IMG/VR virus record: IMGVR_UViG_3300035698_029839
Span: 233,711-297,710 of that record
Direction: 5' to 3' (one strand)
Length of the DNA stretch: 64,000 nt
A program made the position numbers and the translations under genes. Below the pieces are notes generated by a model. The model did no database searches and had not been told where the DNA came from. It saw only the letters and a list, made by a program, of their open reading frames with translations. Of the stretch, positions 49,944 to 59,929 are shown piece by piece; the stretch's first letter is position 1, and every line of letters begins with the position of its first letter.

Positions 49944-50295
49944 TAAAAATTTGGCAACTTTCCAGACAGATGGTTTTTTGTTATAGTAGGTTGTTAATGA
50001 TAACCTTTTTTTAGGAGAAAAAAACAATGTTAGACTTTATTGATGTTATAGATTTAACAAGTGAAAAAGATGAGGGAAGAAATAGACAAACATCTTTGTC
50101 AATAAGTGATAAAAAACCTCTTGAATTAGGTGTTGTCGGTGGAATATCTCACAATACAAATATTACTTTTGATAAAATCAATGCTCAAAAGATGATTGAT
50201 TTTTGTCAAACGATAATAAATAAAGAATAATTCCAGACAGGTGGTTTTTTGTTATAGTAGGTTGTTAATGATAACCTTTTTTTAGGAGTAAAAAA

Positions 50296-51030
50296 ATGAC
50301 AGAAAAAACAACAAAAACAGCAGTAAAAGCGGTTGACAGTGGATTAAAAGTCAACCTCCCAATTACGACAAAACCTGTCGTGATTGAAAGAAAAATGTCG
50401 TCAAAAGGTATTGCTGACGATATGACAAGTCGTATTATGGGAAAATTGATTGGTTTTGGGGATTTATACGACCCTAAAACTCAACAATTTTTGAGTGAAG
50501 ATGAATTGAAAGCAAAAGGCGCGGTGTTTATTACAGTGTCGTTGAATAAAATCTTGATTGTTGGCAAAGATACAAACGCAAAAAGCAGACTCACGAAAGA
50601 ACCGACTCCATATATCAGAAAAACGACAAAAATTCAGGTCATTGGCAACGTAAATTGGACCCCTTTTATCAACAAACGTGGTTCAAAAGACTTTGTATCG
50701 GCTGAGCAAAGAGCAAACAAGGTCGAAAATTACGAGAATTGCAAAGCAATCGGAAAAAAAGATGATTTTCGTTATGTTTGCGGCGTAGTTTTTCAGGTTT
50801 TGGAAAGTGCAAAGTATTACGATGAAAATGGTAAGGAATACGATAAAGACAAACTTACTGCTGAATATCTCAAAACAGCAAGCAAAGCAAGCAAGCAGAA
50901 AGAAGCCGACAAACACGGTATAGAATTAAAGTTTGACCCTCAGTATAGGACAACACGTATCGACAGTTGCGACTATCTCAGGGGGTTCGGCTTTGAGTAT
51001 AAGCCGACAGACAATCACCACAACTCCTGA
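50296..51030 (+). CDS. hypothetical protein
   Basis: last repeat cassette, AGGAG RBS. Confidence 0.8.
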   Translation: MTEKTTKTAVKAVDSGLKVNLPITTKPVVIERKMSSKGIADDMTSRIMGKLIGFGDLYDPKTQQFLSEDELKAKGAVFITVSLNKILIVGKDTNAKSRLTKEPTPYIRKTTKIQVIGNVNWTPFINKRGSKDFVSAEQRANKVENYENCKAIGKKDDFRYVCGVVFQVLESAKYYDENGKEYDKDKLTAEYLKTASKASKQKEADKHGIELKFDPQYRTTRIDSCDYLRGFGFEYKPTDNHHNS

Positions 51031-51050
51031 ATAGGTTGTTGCCTATTTTA

Positions 51051-51088
51051 ACCCTACCTATCTTAACCCGATAGGTAGGGTCTTTTTT
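51051..51088 (+). terminator. intrinsic terminator
   Basis: ACCCTACCTATC/GATAGGTAGGGT plus T run. Confidence 0.85.
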
Positions 51089-51302
51089 ATTCTCCTGATA
51101 AAATAATTCTGGATAGAGATCATTCAGGATATAAAAGATCAATTTGCGTAAGGGTGACCCTTACCTACTTAGTCTCATACCTCCCCTATATTCTTATCGT
51201 TTTGAAAAATCGGTCATATTAGCAAAGGAATTTTACATTTAAAACTTTTTAAATATTTTTATTAAAGGGATTTTAATATAAAAAATAGAATTATACTCTA
51301 TT

Positions 51303-52016
51303 ATGGCATTAACTAACTCAGAAAGACAGAAAAGATACAAATTAAGAAATCCTAAAAAAGCGAGATCTGGAAGAGTTAAAAATAGAAAAATTATTAGAGA
51401 ATTTTTATCTAATAATAAATGTGAATGTGGAGAATATAACCCAAATAAGCTATGTTTTCATCACAAGAATAATTCAGAAAAAGATTTTAAAATAACAAAT
51501 CTTGTATCATATAGTACAAATCGATTATTATCGGAGATATCCAAATGTATTGTATTATGTCAAAATTGTCATGCTAAATTACATATAGAACTAAAATATA
51601 AAGATCGATTATTTTTATTGCTAAATAGCTATAAGAACTCTCCTAGATATAAAAGATATAATAAAGAATCAAAACTTCTTTTATATTTCTATAAAGAGAC
51701 TTGTAATTGTTTAAATTGTAACCACGATTATAACGCCTCTCTTTGCTTTCATCATATAGATTTTGCTACAAAAAAGAAAGCAGTATCTCTCTTAAAAACT
51801 ATCCCTTCAATTAATAAAGAATTATCAAAAACTATATGTTTATGCAGAAATTGCCATGAAGATTTTCACTGTAAATATGGAAGAAAAACCAATCAATCTC
51901 AATTAGAACAATATATAGGTAAAAATGTAGAACCACTCAAAGTGGATATAAAAGATTACTTACCTCTTATCGAACAAAACATTTCTAAATACTACAACCT
52001 ATCTTTTTCCCTATAA
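51303..52016 (+). CDS. tandem-HNH endonuclease
   Basis: two LCFHH...LC.NCH units. Confidence 0.85.
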   Translation: MALTNSERQKRYKLRNPKKARSGRVKNRKIIREFLSNNKCECGEYNPNKLCFHHKNNSEKDFKITNLVSYSTNRLLSEISKCIVLCQNCHAKLHIELKYKDRLFLLLNSYKNSPRYKRYNKESKLLLYFYKETCNCLNCNHDYNASLCFHHIDFATKKKAVSLLKTIPSINKELSKTICLCRNCHEDFHCKYGRKTNQSQLEQYIGKNVEPLKVDIKDYLPLIEQNISKYYNLSFSL

Positions 52017-52368
52017 AGAGACTCCTTTTATCGAAATATCGATTAGTGGACCCTAAAAACAAAATCTAGGAAAATTCTGCCGAAAAAATAATAGATTTTT
52101 AATCTATCTCTCTAATAAATAGGCAAAAGTGAGTTTTATAACTTGAAAGTGAAAGTGATAAGATTATAATTTTGGGATAAGAAATAAGAGAGAAATCGGT
52201 AAAACGGAGATAAATGAATGAAAACAAATGATATAATCGAAAAGATATCAGAAGAAATGGTTTGTGAGAATGCTTGTCCTCAATTTCAACAAATACATTA
52301 TGAAATAGAAAAATGCACTTGTTATAAAAAAGAAGTAATCGAATCAGTTAAAGAGCTTGGGAATAAGA

Positions 52369-52740
52369 ATGGGTAAAAATATTGCCGACATAAGAAGAGA
52401 AAATGAGATAATCTATGGGACAAAGGACAACACATTTGATGATTTTCCTATAGCAATCAGGGTTAAGGTAATAACTCCTTGTGAAGATTTCACATTCTTT
52501 GATGGAGAGACTGGCGTAGTTACTCAAAATACAGGAGATTATTTAGGTATATCTGTAGAGTTTGATGATCCTCATCGTTATAGGGACGGTAGTGTGTTGA
52601 CAGGGTTTAATTTTAATCCCAAGAGCTTATGTGTTCTAAATAAGATAACAGAAGAAATAGCAGAATCGATAAGAGAAAAGATCGGTTTGGATGAATTTCA
52701 GAAAGAACGATCAGCCAGATTTATGATATTAGACTTATGA
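52369..52740 (+). CDS. hypothetical protein, ILDL-tagged
   Basis: ends RFMILDL. Confidence 0.75.
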   Translation: MGKNIADIRRENEIIYGTKDNTFDDFPIAIRVKVITPCEDFTFFDGETGVVTQNTGDYLGISVEFDDPHRYRDGSVLTGFNFNPKSLCVLNKITEEIAESIREKIGLDEFQKERSARFMILDL

Positions 52741-53054
52741 ATTATAAAGTCGGAGATAAGATTAAGATAAAAACATGGGAAGAGATGGAAAAAGAGTTTG
52801 GATTCGGAAATAATAACAAAACTATCATAACTTGTTCTGGACTTTTTAATTCTACAATGGAAAAAGAAATTGAAGAATTAAAAACTAATAGAATATTAAC
52901 AGTTAAAGAAGTAGAAATTAATCATCGTTATAGAATGAAAGAAAGAACTAGTGAAATAGCATGGACTTGGTCAGATGATATGATTAGGTGTTTAGTAAAA
53001 GACTATAAAGTACCTGACCCTATAAAATCACGATTGGAGATATTAGACTTATGA
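52737..53054 (+). CDS. SH3-like protein, ILDL-tagged
   Basis: YKVGDK..IKTW; ends RLEILDL; paralog of 53266. Confidence 0.8.
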   Translation: MNYKVGDKIKIKTWEEMEKEFGFGNNNKTIITCSGLFNSTMEKEIEELKTNRILTVKEVEINHRYRMKERTSEIAWTWSDDMIRCLVKDYKVPDPIKSRLEILDL

Positions 53055-53265
53055 CAGATGAACAGATAATAAAAAGATTTAGAAAAAGAGAAAAAATATT
53101 AGGAGTATGGTCAGCAGAAAGAGGTTATGATGCTTGGGATATTTTTATTAAAAAAGAAAAATGGTGTCAGCTATCGGCAGTTACAACAACACCATTAAAA
53201 GATATGTTAAGAAATTATCCAACAGCTAATATCGATTGGGATACAGTTACAGCTAGGAAATTAAC

Positions 53266-53598
53266 ATGAGATATAAAGTAGGAGATAAAGTAAGAATAAA
53301 GACTTGGAAACAGATGAAGAAAGAATTTAGACTAATAAAATCATCGACAGGGAAGTCTCATATGAGCATAGATATAGGTCATTATCATATAGCTTTTAAT
53401 CCAAGCACAGAAATAAAACTTAATAAATTAAATACTAATAGAATAGTAACTATTGCAAAAGTAAAAGAAACCATAAATAACAGATATTATATTATGAAAG
53501 AAATATCAAATCATATGTTTGATGAAAAAGTAATAAAGAATATAGTAAAAGAAATATATGAACCTATTTGTAGTAGATTAGAGATATTAGACTTATGA
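53266..53598 (+). CDS. SH3-like protein, ILDL-tagged
   Basis: ends RLEILDL. Confidence 0.8.
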   Translation: MRYKVGDKVRIKTWKQMKKEFRLIKSSTGKSHMSIDIGHYHIAFNPSTEIKLNKLNTNRIVTIAKVKETINNRYYIMKEISNHMFDEKVIKNIVKEIYEPICSRLEILDL

Positions 53599-53864
53599 TA
53601 AATTGGATCAATACAAAAGAAGAACTTCCCAGAGCGGGAGATTTAGTTATTATTTATAGTGAAGATAAAACAGTGATAGAAACAGAAATAGAAAAAACAA
53701 AATATTGGGCAGGTGTATGGAATGCTGAATATACTAAAGAATGGGAAAAATATAAAGAAAAATCATTATATTGTTTTTGGGCTCCAATAAATAAACCAGC
53801 ATTAGATATGCCAGTAAGGTTTATAGAATCTATAGAAAACAGATCGGATATATTAGACTTATAA
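53595..53864 (+). CDS. DUF551-like protein, ILDL-tagged
   Basis: WI...E.LP start; ends RSDILDL. Confidence 0.7.
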   Translation: MINWINTKEELPRAGDLVIIYSEDKTVIETEIEKTKYWAGVWNAEYTKEWEKYKEKSLYCFWAPINKPALDMPVRFIESIENRSDILDL

Positions 53865-54130
53865 TGACAAAAGATACTACACTTTTTAATAATAGTACTA
53901 TAGCAGAAGTACAGGAAGGTGAATACTTTCCACCTGTGAGTATAGCATGGGATAAGGATGGAAGAAGTATGTATCTTCCTGTTCATTATGAAAAGAAATT
54001 AGTGCAATACGATATATCAGTAGGACAATATGTTTATTCTGATGGAAGATTTGGAGCAACATTTTTTAAGATAAGAATAGATAATTCCAAGAACATTATA
54101 AAAGACAGATTTGAGATTTTGGACTTATGA
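53864..54130 (+). CDS. hypothetical protein, ILDL-tagged
   Basis: ends RFEILDL. Confidence 0.75.
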   Translation: MTKDTTLFNNSTIAEVQEGEYFPPVSIAWDKDGRSMYLPVHYEKKLVQYDISVGQYVYSDGRFGATFFKIRIDNSKNIIKDRFEILDL

Positions 54131-54426
54131 TAATTTGGAATAAAATAGCAGAAAAATTACCAAAGATAAATAAAAATATTTTTCTTTTTGGAGAAGAACT
54201 GCAACATATAAGATATGGTTGTTTACGTATTTTTGATCCAAAAAAATCTGAACTTTTAGATCCTAAAAAAAAGCTCAAAGAAGGAGATACTTATTGGCAG
54301 GTTCATATGAAAATAGGAGAACAATTTTGGGTATTACCAGAAAGATATCCTTATTGGTTAACTAATAAAGAATTAGTTGCACAAATAATAGAAAAAACAG
54401 ATAGACTTAATATTTTAGACTTATAA
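54127..54426 (+). CDS. hypothetical protein, ILDL-tagged
   Basis: ends RLNILDL. Confidence 0.75.
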   Translation: MIIWNKIAEKLPKINKNIFLFGEELQHIRYGCLRIFDPKKSELLDPKKKLKEGDTYWQVHMKIGEQFWVLPERYPYWLTNKELVAQIIEKTDRLNILDL

Positions 54427-54923
54427 TGCAGAATAATTTAGTAGGAAAAATGGTAACTTTTGAACAAGGCGATGATGGAATAGAAGTCACAGGAGAAGTC
54501 ATGACTCTTACTACTGACAATCATGGTAATTTACGTTTGTATGTATGGATAGCAAAAGAAAAAAAATTATTTCATGTCCCTTCTCATATTATAAAAGATA
54601 TTATTCCAAATAGAAAAGAAATAAATACTTACAAGTGGTATTCAATATTAGAAATTAAACCGCCGCTAAGTCATGCTGTTGTTGGTTTTTTCACAGAAGG
54701 AAAATACGAAAACCAAATAAGACTTTTACATCGTTATGAAGAGGCTGACGAGGAAAAGACAATAATTTTATGGACATCTATTAGTCTAAAAAATTCTGAT
54801 GAAGTTGCAGATGATGAATGGATTCCTCCTAATAGTACTATGTGGAGATTCATAGATACAGATATTCCATTAGAAATAATAGATAACCAACAAATAGATA
54901 GATTACACATATTAGATTTATAA
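54426..54923 (+). CDS. hypothetical protein, ILDL-tagged
   Basis: ends RLHILDL. Confidence 0.75.
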   Translation: MQNNLVGKMVTFEQGDDGIEVTGEVMTLTTDNHGNLRLYVWIAKEKKLFHVPSHIIKDIIPNRKEINTYKWYSILEIKPPLSHAVVGFFTEGKYENQIRLLHRYEEADEEKTIILWTSISLKNSDEVADDEWIPPNSTMWRFIDTDIPLEIIDNQQIDRLHILDL

Positions 54924-54932
54924 GGAGTAAAA

Positions 54933-55325
54933 ATGAATAAAAAAATAGATATTAAAGCAACAAGTGAAAAGATTAACCTTGCTATTATAGGTAAAACAAT
55001 GTATGATATATTTACGAGAAAGATAATAAGGCCTCCTTACTTACTCATTAGATATGCCTATAATACTAAAAGTGGCCTTATGATTTCTTTTATATTACTT
55101 CTTGTCTTATTAAGCTTATTTATATGGCTTGTAGCAGGAAACGTTTTTTGGATATCTCTTTTTCTAATGTTTATATGGTTTGTTAGTCTTATAGCTATGT
55201 TTTGTCATCATGATGATAATTATTTCCGTACTCTTGATACCGAACCCAAATGGGTTTTAAAATTTATAAAATCTTTAACTCAAATGAAAGAAGATATCAT
55301 AACAACAGATAAAGAAAGAGAGTAA
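54933..55325 (+). CDS. membrane protein
   Basis: two TM; resembles 57223 but untagged. Confidence 0.7.
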   Translation: MNKKIDIKATSEKINLAIIGKTMYDIFTRKIIRPPYLLIRYAYNTKSGLMISFILLLVLLSLFIWLVAGNVFWISLFLMFIWFVSLIAMFCHHDDNYFRTLDTEPKWVLKFIKSLTQMKEDIITTDKERE

Positions 55326-55691
55326 AAAATGCATAAACAAAAACCTGGAGACGTTAAAATAAGAATACCCAAAAGCAGACAAAAAGAGATATTTAATATA
55401 CTAATAGAATTCTTTAACAAGCATCAAATGTACGACGGAGAAAGTATTTGTCAATCAGATGACGCTATTATAGATTCTCCTGATCTTGTTGGGGACTTAG
55501 CGGATCTTTTATTTAAGGACACAGAGATAGATTATGAATAATCCGACATTAGATAAAATAAAGAATTTTGCGGTAAAAGAATTAAAGAATAAATATGGTT
55601 TCTGTGGTCTAGCTGATGGTGATGATATGTGTATAATCAATGCTACCGATTCGGAAAACAAAGATATAATTATTAAGATAGAGATTAAAAA

Positions 55692-56093
55692 ATGAAAACT
55701 TGTCCTAATCCTAAATGTGGTAGTCATAAAATAATCATATTTGACTCTGATAATAATTATTGTCAAAAATGTAATGAATGGTTTCCAGCCGTAGCTGAAG
55801 AGGAATGTATAGCAGGATGTAGAGTATATGCAAATGAAGAAATAAAACATCATAAAGATTGTCTCTATTACCCAGAAAGCTTATCAAAAATGCATGATGA
55901 TTTCAAAACAAAACATATGGAACTTATTACTAAATTAGCAGATGATATATGGGCAGTAGGAAAGAAATTAGAGTCAAGAGAATTTGAAACAAGTAAAGAA
56001 TTAAAAGTTATTTCAGGTTGTCTTCATGATATTAGAGCAGAACGTGATACTGAATGGTACAAAAAATTCAAAATAGATGAGGAAAAATCATGA
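55692..56093 (+). CDS. Zn-ribbon protein
   Basis: CPNPKC, CQKC. Confidence 0.7.
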   Translation: MKTCPNPKCGSHKIIIFDSDNNYCQKCNEWFPAVAEEECIAGCRVYANEEIKHHKDCLYYPESLSKMHDDFKTKHMELITKLADDIWAVGKKLESREFETSKELKVISGCLHDIRAERDTEWYKKFKIDEEKS

Positions 56094-57226
56094 CAACAGC
56101 AATATATGCATTTAGTGGCGACCCTATAACATATGGTCATATTGACATAATCAACAGAGCTAGAGCAACATTCGACCAGGTTATAGTAGCCATCGGAGAG
56201 AACCCTGATAAAAATTATACTTTTTCTTTAGAGGAAAGAGAAAGTATGGCTAAGCAGTGCTTCAATGATTCATCAATCAGGGTTCTCTCATTTTCTAACT
56301 TACTAGTGGACTTTGCTTATGAACAAGGAGCAAGTGTAATAATCAAAGGAGTAAGAAACTCTGCTGATTTTGACTATGAAAGTATCTTACATTCTATTGG
56401 TCAAAGTCAAGAAGTTGGAATAGATACTCACATACTCTTCGCTGACCCCAGATTGGCACACATTAGCAGTAGTGTAGTTAAGGCAATAGCACAGCATAGT
56501 GGATCGATACACGAATACGTACCACTACACGTTAAACAAGCTATTGAAGAAAAGATATATGACCAAACTATCATAGGAGTAACAGGAGAGATTTGTGCTG
56601 GCAAATCTCATATATGTAAAATGTTAAGTAGATATCAACATTTTACAGGTGGTTATCAAAACATCCACAATATAGAATTGGATCAGATTGGTCATGATAT
56701 TCTTTCTAAACTCACAGATCCACCTTATGTACAAATAAGAAAAGAGATAGGCGAATTTGCACCTACATCTATTGAAGAGGATGGTTTTATCAACAGATCA
56801 GTATTAGGATCAATAGTATTTAATGATTCTAATAAACTACAAAAATTAAACGACATAATGACTAAACCTATAATGATTAGATTAAGAAAAGAAATTTCGG
56901 GAAAGAAAGGAATAATTTTAATCAATTGTGCCTTATTGGCAGAAGCTCATATACTCCACACATGCAACAACAACACCATTCTAATAAAGGTGGATAAAGA
57001 CACTCAAAGAAAAAGATTATTGGATCGTAGGCTAACTGAAGAGCAAATAGAGACACGTCTGAATAGTCAATACACTTATGATCGTAAGAAGTATCAAATA
57101 GAAGAAAATATCTATCATAATCGACATGGTAAGTTTTGGGAAATTGATAATACTAGTATGATAACTATGGAAGATTTACATAAGGAATTTGAAAAGATAC
57201 TAACAGATATAAGAAAGAAAAATTGA
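56090..57226 (+). CDS. coaD: phosphopantetheine adenylyltransferase fused to dephospho-CoA kinase (CoaD-CoaE)
   Basis: AIY.FS.DPITYGHIDII.RA, KGVRN..DFDYE, ISSSVVK; then IGVTG.I.AGKS, D.IGH, INRS.LG.IVF, RL.SQ. Confidence 0.9.
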   Translation: MTTAIYAFSGDPITYGHIDIINRARATFDQVIVAIGENPDKNYTFSLEERESMAKQCFNDSSIRVLSFSNLLVDFAYEQGASVIIKGVRNSADFDYESILHSIGQSQEVGIDTHILFADPRLAHISSSVVKAIAQHSGSIHEYVPLHVKQAIEEKIYDQTIIGVTGEICAGKSHICKMLSRYQHFTGGYQNIHNIELDQIGHDILSKLTDPPYVQIRKEIGEFAPTSIEEDGFINRSVLGSIVFNDSNKLQKLNDIMTKPIMIRLRKEISGKKGIILINCALLAEAHILHTCNNNTILIKVDKDTQRKRLLDRRLTEEQIETRLNSQYTYDRKKYQIEENIYHNRHGKFWEIDNTSMITMEDLHKEFEKILTDIRKKN

Positions 57227-57657
57227 TGAATACATTATATTATTTTATCACGCGAAAAATAATTAGGAGTACTTTTGCTAATATACATATAGTATTTAAA
57301 TCTTTATTTTACATGTTGTCAATAGCAAGTTTATCAACTATTCTTCCTATTATTTTTAGGACATATTTATTTTTTCCTACTCCAAATGCAATGGGAATTC
57401 TTACTATTATATATCTTGCTATTTTTGGAATTCTTCTTTTTATACGTCTTATACAGATATTAGATTGGTATGATATAGAGGATGAACCACATTTTGTCCA
57501 ACAATTTATTGAAGATTGCTGTCGTTCTGATAATAATTTAGAAGAAAAGTATAAACAAGAAAAAGAAGTAAGATTACAAGTAATAAAACAAAAGAAAGAA
57601 GCAAAAAGACTCAAAGCAGAACTAATTAATAATAGAACTGATATATTAGACCTATAA
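57223..57657 (+). CDS. membrane protein, ILDL-tagged
   Basis: ends RTDILDL. Confidence 0.75.
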   Translation: MMNTLYYFITRKIIRSTFANIHIVFKSLFYMLSIASLSTILPIIFRTYLFFPTPNAMGILTIIYLAIFGILLFIRLIQILDWYDIEDEPHFVQQFIEDCCRSDNNLEEKYKQEKEVRLQVIKQKKEAKRLKAELINNRTDILDL

Positions 57658-58151
57658 AAAAGTTTTAAATAGAAAAGGAGTAAATAATGTCAAGACATGC
57701 AGAATTAAGAAAAGAAGAGGGAGTAGAGCATGTATCAACAAAAGAAGATGGAGCTTTGAAGTGCTGGAGAGATCAACATAGAATATGTTCTTCTCAATGT
57801 GTTGCTTGGGTAAAGATGGGAACTACTAGAAAGATCTATTGTAAAGCCTTGCCATCAGGACAACATGAGATTGCCGAATATGTTGAAGAAGAGAATGGAG
57901 CATAATACGCCATTTAAAGAACAAAATATTAAATATGTCACGATTGAGGGTAAAGAGCCTATTTGTTTTTCTTGGGGAATAAATAGCTTTGGTTTTGGTA
58001 CAACAACTTTCTTTTATGAAGATGATAAATTAAAGTGTGATAATGAAACTCTTAGTAAAGATAGTATAAAAAAGATTCTTTGTGCTTTGGTCGATGAAGC
58101 AGAGTTTATAGATAAATAGAACCAGTTTAATCTTATTCCCGAAAAAATATT

Positions 58152-58523
58152 ATGATACTTAATTTTATTTTATATGGTTATATTGTTCCATTGATATGGG
58201 CTATTATTATTGGTCAGGTTGTGATTTATTTTGATTCTGAATATCGATCATGGGAGATAGGGAAAAAAATAGGGATTCATCTCCATTATTTTGTGATATC
58301 TTTTATTCCTGTTGCTGCTCCTGTTGCTCTTACTCTCATAGCAGGAATAGATTTGAGAGAACATTATAAGCGTAGACACAATGATGATGGAGAAAATTTT
58401 GACAATTATAGAACATTTAGGGAATCAGAAGAGGCAGAACTTGCAAAGAATATTGGTATTAAAATAGTTAAAAATGAGAAGATCAACCCTATAACTGATC
58501 GATTAGAGATATTGGACTTATAA
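58152..58523 (+). CDS. membrane protein, ILDL-tagged
   Basis: ends RLEILDL. Confidence 0.75.
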   Translation: MILNFILYGYIVPLIWAIIIGQVVIYFDSEYRSWEIGKKIGIHLHYFVISFIPVAAPVALTLIAGIDLREHYKRRHNDDGENFDNYRTFRESEEAELAKNIGIKIVKNEKINPITDRLEILDL

Positions 58524-58699
58524 TGCGTTGTCATATTTGTAAAAAAGAAATAGAAGGAAATTATCATAAACACACTTGCGATATTGATGGTATAGATGAA
58601 GAATTTTATACTCATCCTGGAGATTGTGATAAAAAATTTCTTGATGAATCTACAAATAAAAAACCTGCAAATAGTAGGTTTGAGATATTAGACTTATGA
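58523..58699 (+). CDS. 58-aa Zn-finger protein, ILDL-tagged (absent from ORF track)
   Basis: MRCHICKKEI...FYTHPGDCD...RFEILDL; paralog of 58696. Confidence 0.75.
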   Translation: MRCHICKKEIEGNYHKHTCDIDGIDEEFYTHPGDCDKKFLDESTNKKPANSRFEILDL

Positions 58700-58896
58700 T
58701 GGAATTTGGAAATACATTTAAATGTCATACTTGCAGAAAAGAAATAAACAAAGATTATCATAGATATCATCATAGTCTCGATAATATAGAGCTAAATTTT
58801 TATACTCATCATGGGATTTGTGATACAATATTTCGTGGTAAATATGTTAAACCTTTTGAAGAAATAGATAATCGATTAGAGATATTGGACTTATGA
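58696..58896 (+). CDS. Zn-finger protein, ILDL-tagged
   Basis: ends RLEILDL. Confidence 0.75.
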   Translation: MMEFGNTFKCHTCRKEINKDYHRYHHSLDNIELNFYTHHGICDTIFRGKYVKPFEEIDNRLEILDL

Positions 58897-59255
58897 AGAA
58901 TAACTTTTTAAAATTAAAAAAGAATAAACATTATAAATTTGTTTTATTAGATCCTGATCGAATGATATCATTAACGATATCGAAACCTGATAAGAAAAAA
59001 TTTTTTAAGTCCTCCACAAAAAATAAAACGGCAGCAAAAACAACACATTCTTCTTATGGAACTTATTCTAGGAATCTTATGATGGGTCATGCAACCCTTG
59101 TATCTATTCAAGATGCATTAGGCAGTTGTGAAACTTTAAGACAGATGGAGGCAGATATGATAAAAGATACAGAACAAGGCATAAATAAGAAAATATTTTG
59201 TCCTCATTGTGAGGCAGAAAAGATACATGACAGATTCGAGATATTGGACTTATGA
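58893..59255 (+). CDS. hypothetical protein, ILDL-tagged
   Basis: ends RFEILDL. Confidence 0.75.
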   Translation: MKNNFLKLKKNKHYKFVLLDPDRMISLTISKPDKKKFFKSSTKNKTAAKTTHSSYGTYSRNLMMGHATLVSIQDALGSCETLRQMEADMIKDTEQGINKKIFCPHCEAEKIHDRFEILDL

Positions 59256-59596
59256 GTGTAATAACAATTATATTAATAATATATCTAATTCAATTAATGG
59301 TATCTTGTCCAATTTTTTCAATAATTTGGTACAGGGATAATATAAAAAATGGAAAAAGAAAAGCAATACTTGAAGCTTGTAAGGGAGGACTTATAAGTTT
59401 TGTACCAGTAATACCTATAATGGCAATAACGTATTTAATTTATATAGAAACTGGAAATGAATTTAAAAAATGGTTAAAAAATGATCCTACTTCTCCTGAC
59501 AATATGAATGATCCAGATTTTATTCTTCCGCAAAAAAAGATCAAGAAAATAATTTTAGAACCAATAAAAAACAGAACAGATATTTTAGATTTATAA
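59252..59596 (+). CDS. membrane protein, ILDL-tagged
   Basis: ends RTDILDL. Confidence 0.75.
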   Translation: MSVITIILIIYLIQLMVSCPIFSIIWYRDNIKNGKRKAILEACKGGLISFVPVIPIMAITYLIYIETGNEFKKWLKNDPTSPDNMNDPDFILPQKKIKKIILEPIKNRTDILDL

Positions 59597-59613
59597 TACT
59601 GGAGATAAAAATT

Positions 59614-59922
59614 ATGTCTTTTTTATATTTTTATATTATTTCGTCATTATGGTGTGTAATAATCGGCCAGATTATAGCTTTTTTTGAATGGAAATCAGAT
59701 CCAGGAAGGCCAAGGATAGTTATTCATATCGGAATTTTTGTTTTGTCTTTTGTCCCTATTATTAGCCCTTTTATAGCAACTCTTGCATTGATTGTTAAAT
59801 CAATTGATTATTCATATAAGAAAATTTTGGAATGGGTTCAGACAGCCCCATTTCCTAAAGTTATTAAGAATAAAAAACCAATCGATTTTATCGAAGAACG
59901 TGTTAATATTTTAGATTTGTGA
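59614..59922 (+). CDS. membrane protein, ILDL-tagged
   Basis: ends RVNILDL; similar to 58152. Confidence 0.75.
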   Translation: MSFLYFYIISSLWCVIIGQIIAFFEWKSDPGRPRIVIHIGIFVLSFVPIISPFIATLALIVKSIDYSYKKILEWVQTAPFPKVIKNKKPIDFIEERVNILDL

Positions 59923-59929
59923 GAAAAAT

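Larger units (their letters stand above)
8530..50240 (+). repeat. dispersed intergenic repeat TTCCAGACAAGTGGTTTT, about 46 copies; promoter/activator box
   Basis: copies at e.g. 9857,10268,19477,21593,23250,24078,24334,28012,28850,29306,30813,32209,32789,33506,34333,35178,35664,36730,37633,38133,39032,39917,40454,40887,41778,42605,43280,44620,44947,45471,45865,46438,46684,46792,47049,47407,47981,48169,48626,49002,49291,49585,49960,50231. Confidence 0.95.

Noticed and set aside
28012-50240. TTCCAGACAA repeats as a CRISPR array or integron attC sites
   Set aside because: Spacing is 100 bp to several kb with whole genes between; not palindromic, no RYYYAAC/GTTRRRY boxes, and no cas or integrase gene in the window.
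913-58615. Most short minus-strand and nested alternative-frame ORFs in the track
   Set aside because: They are antisense to or inside well-supported genes and lack an RBS.
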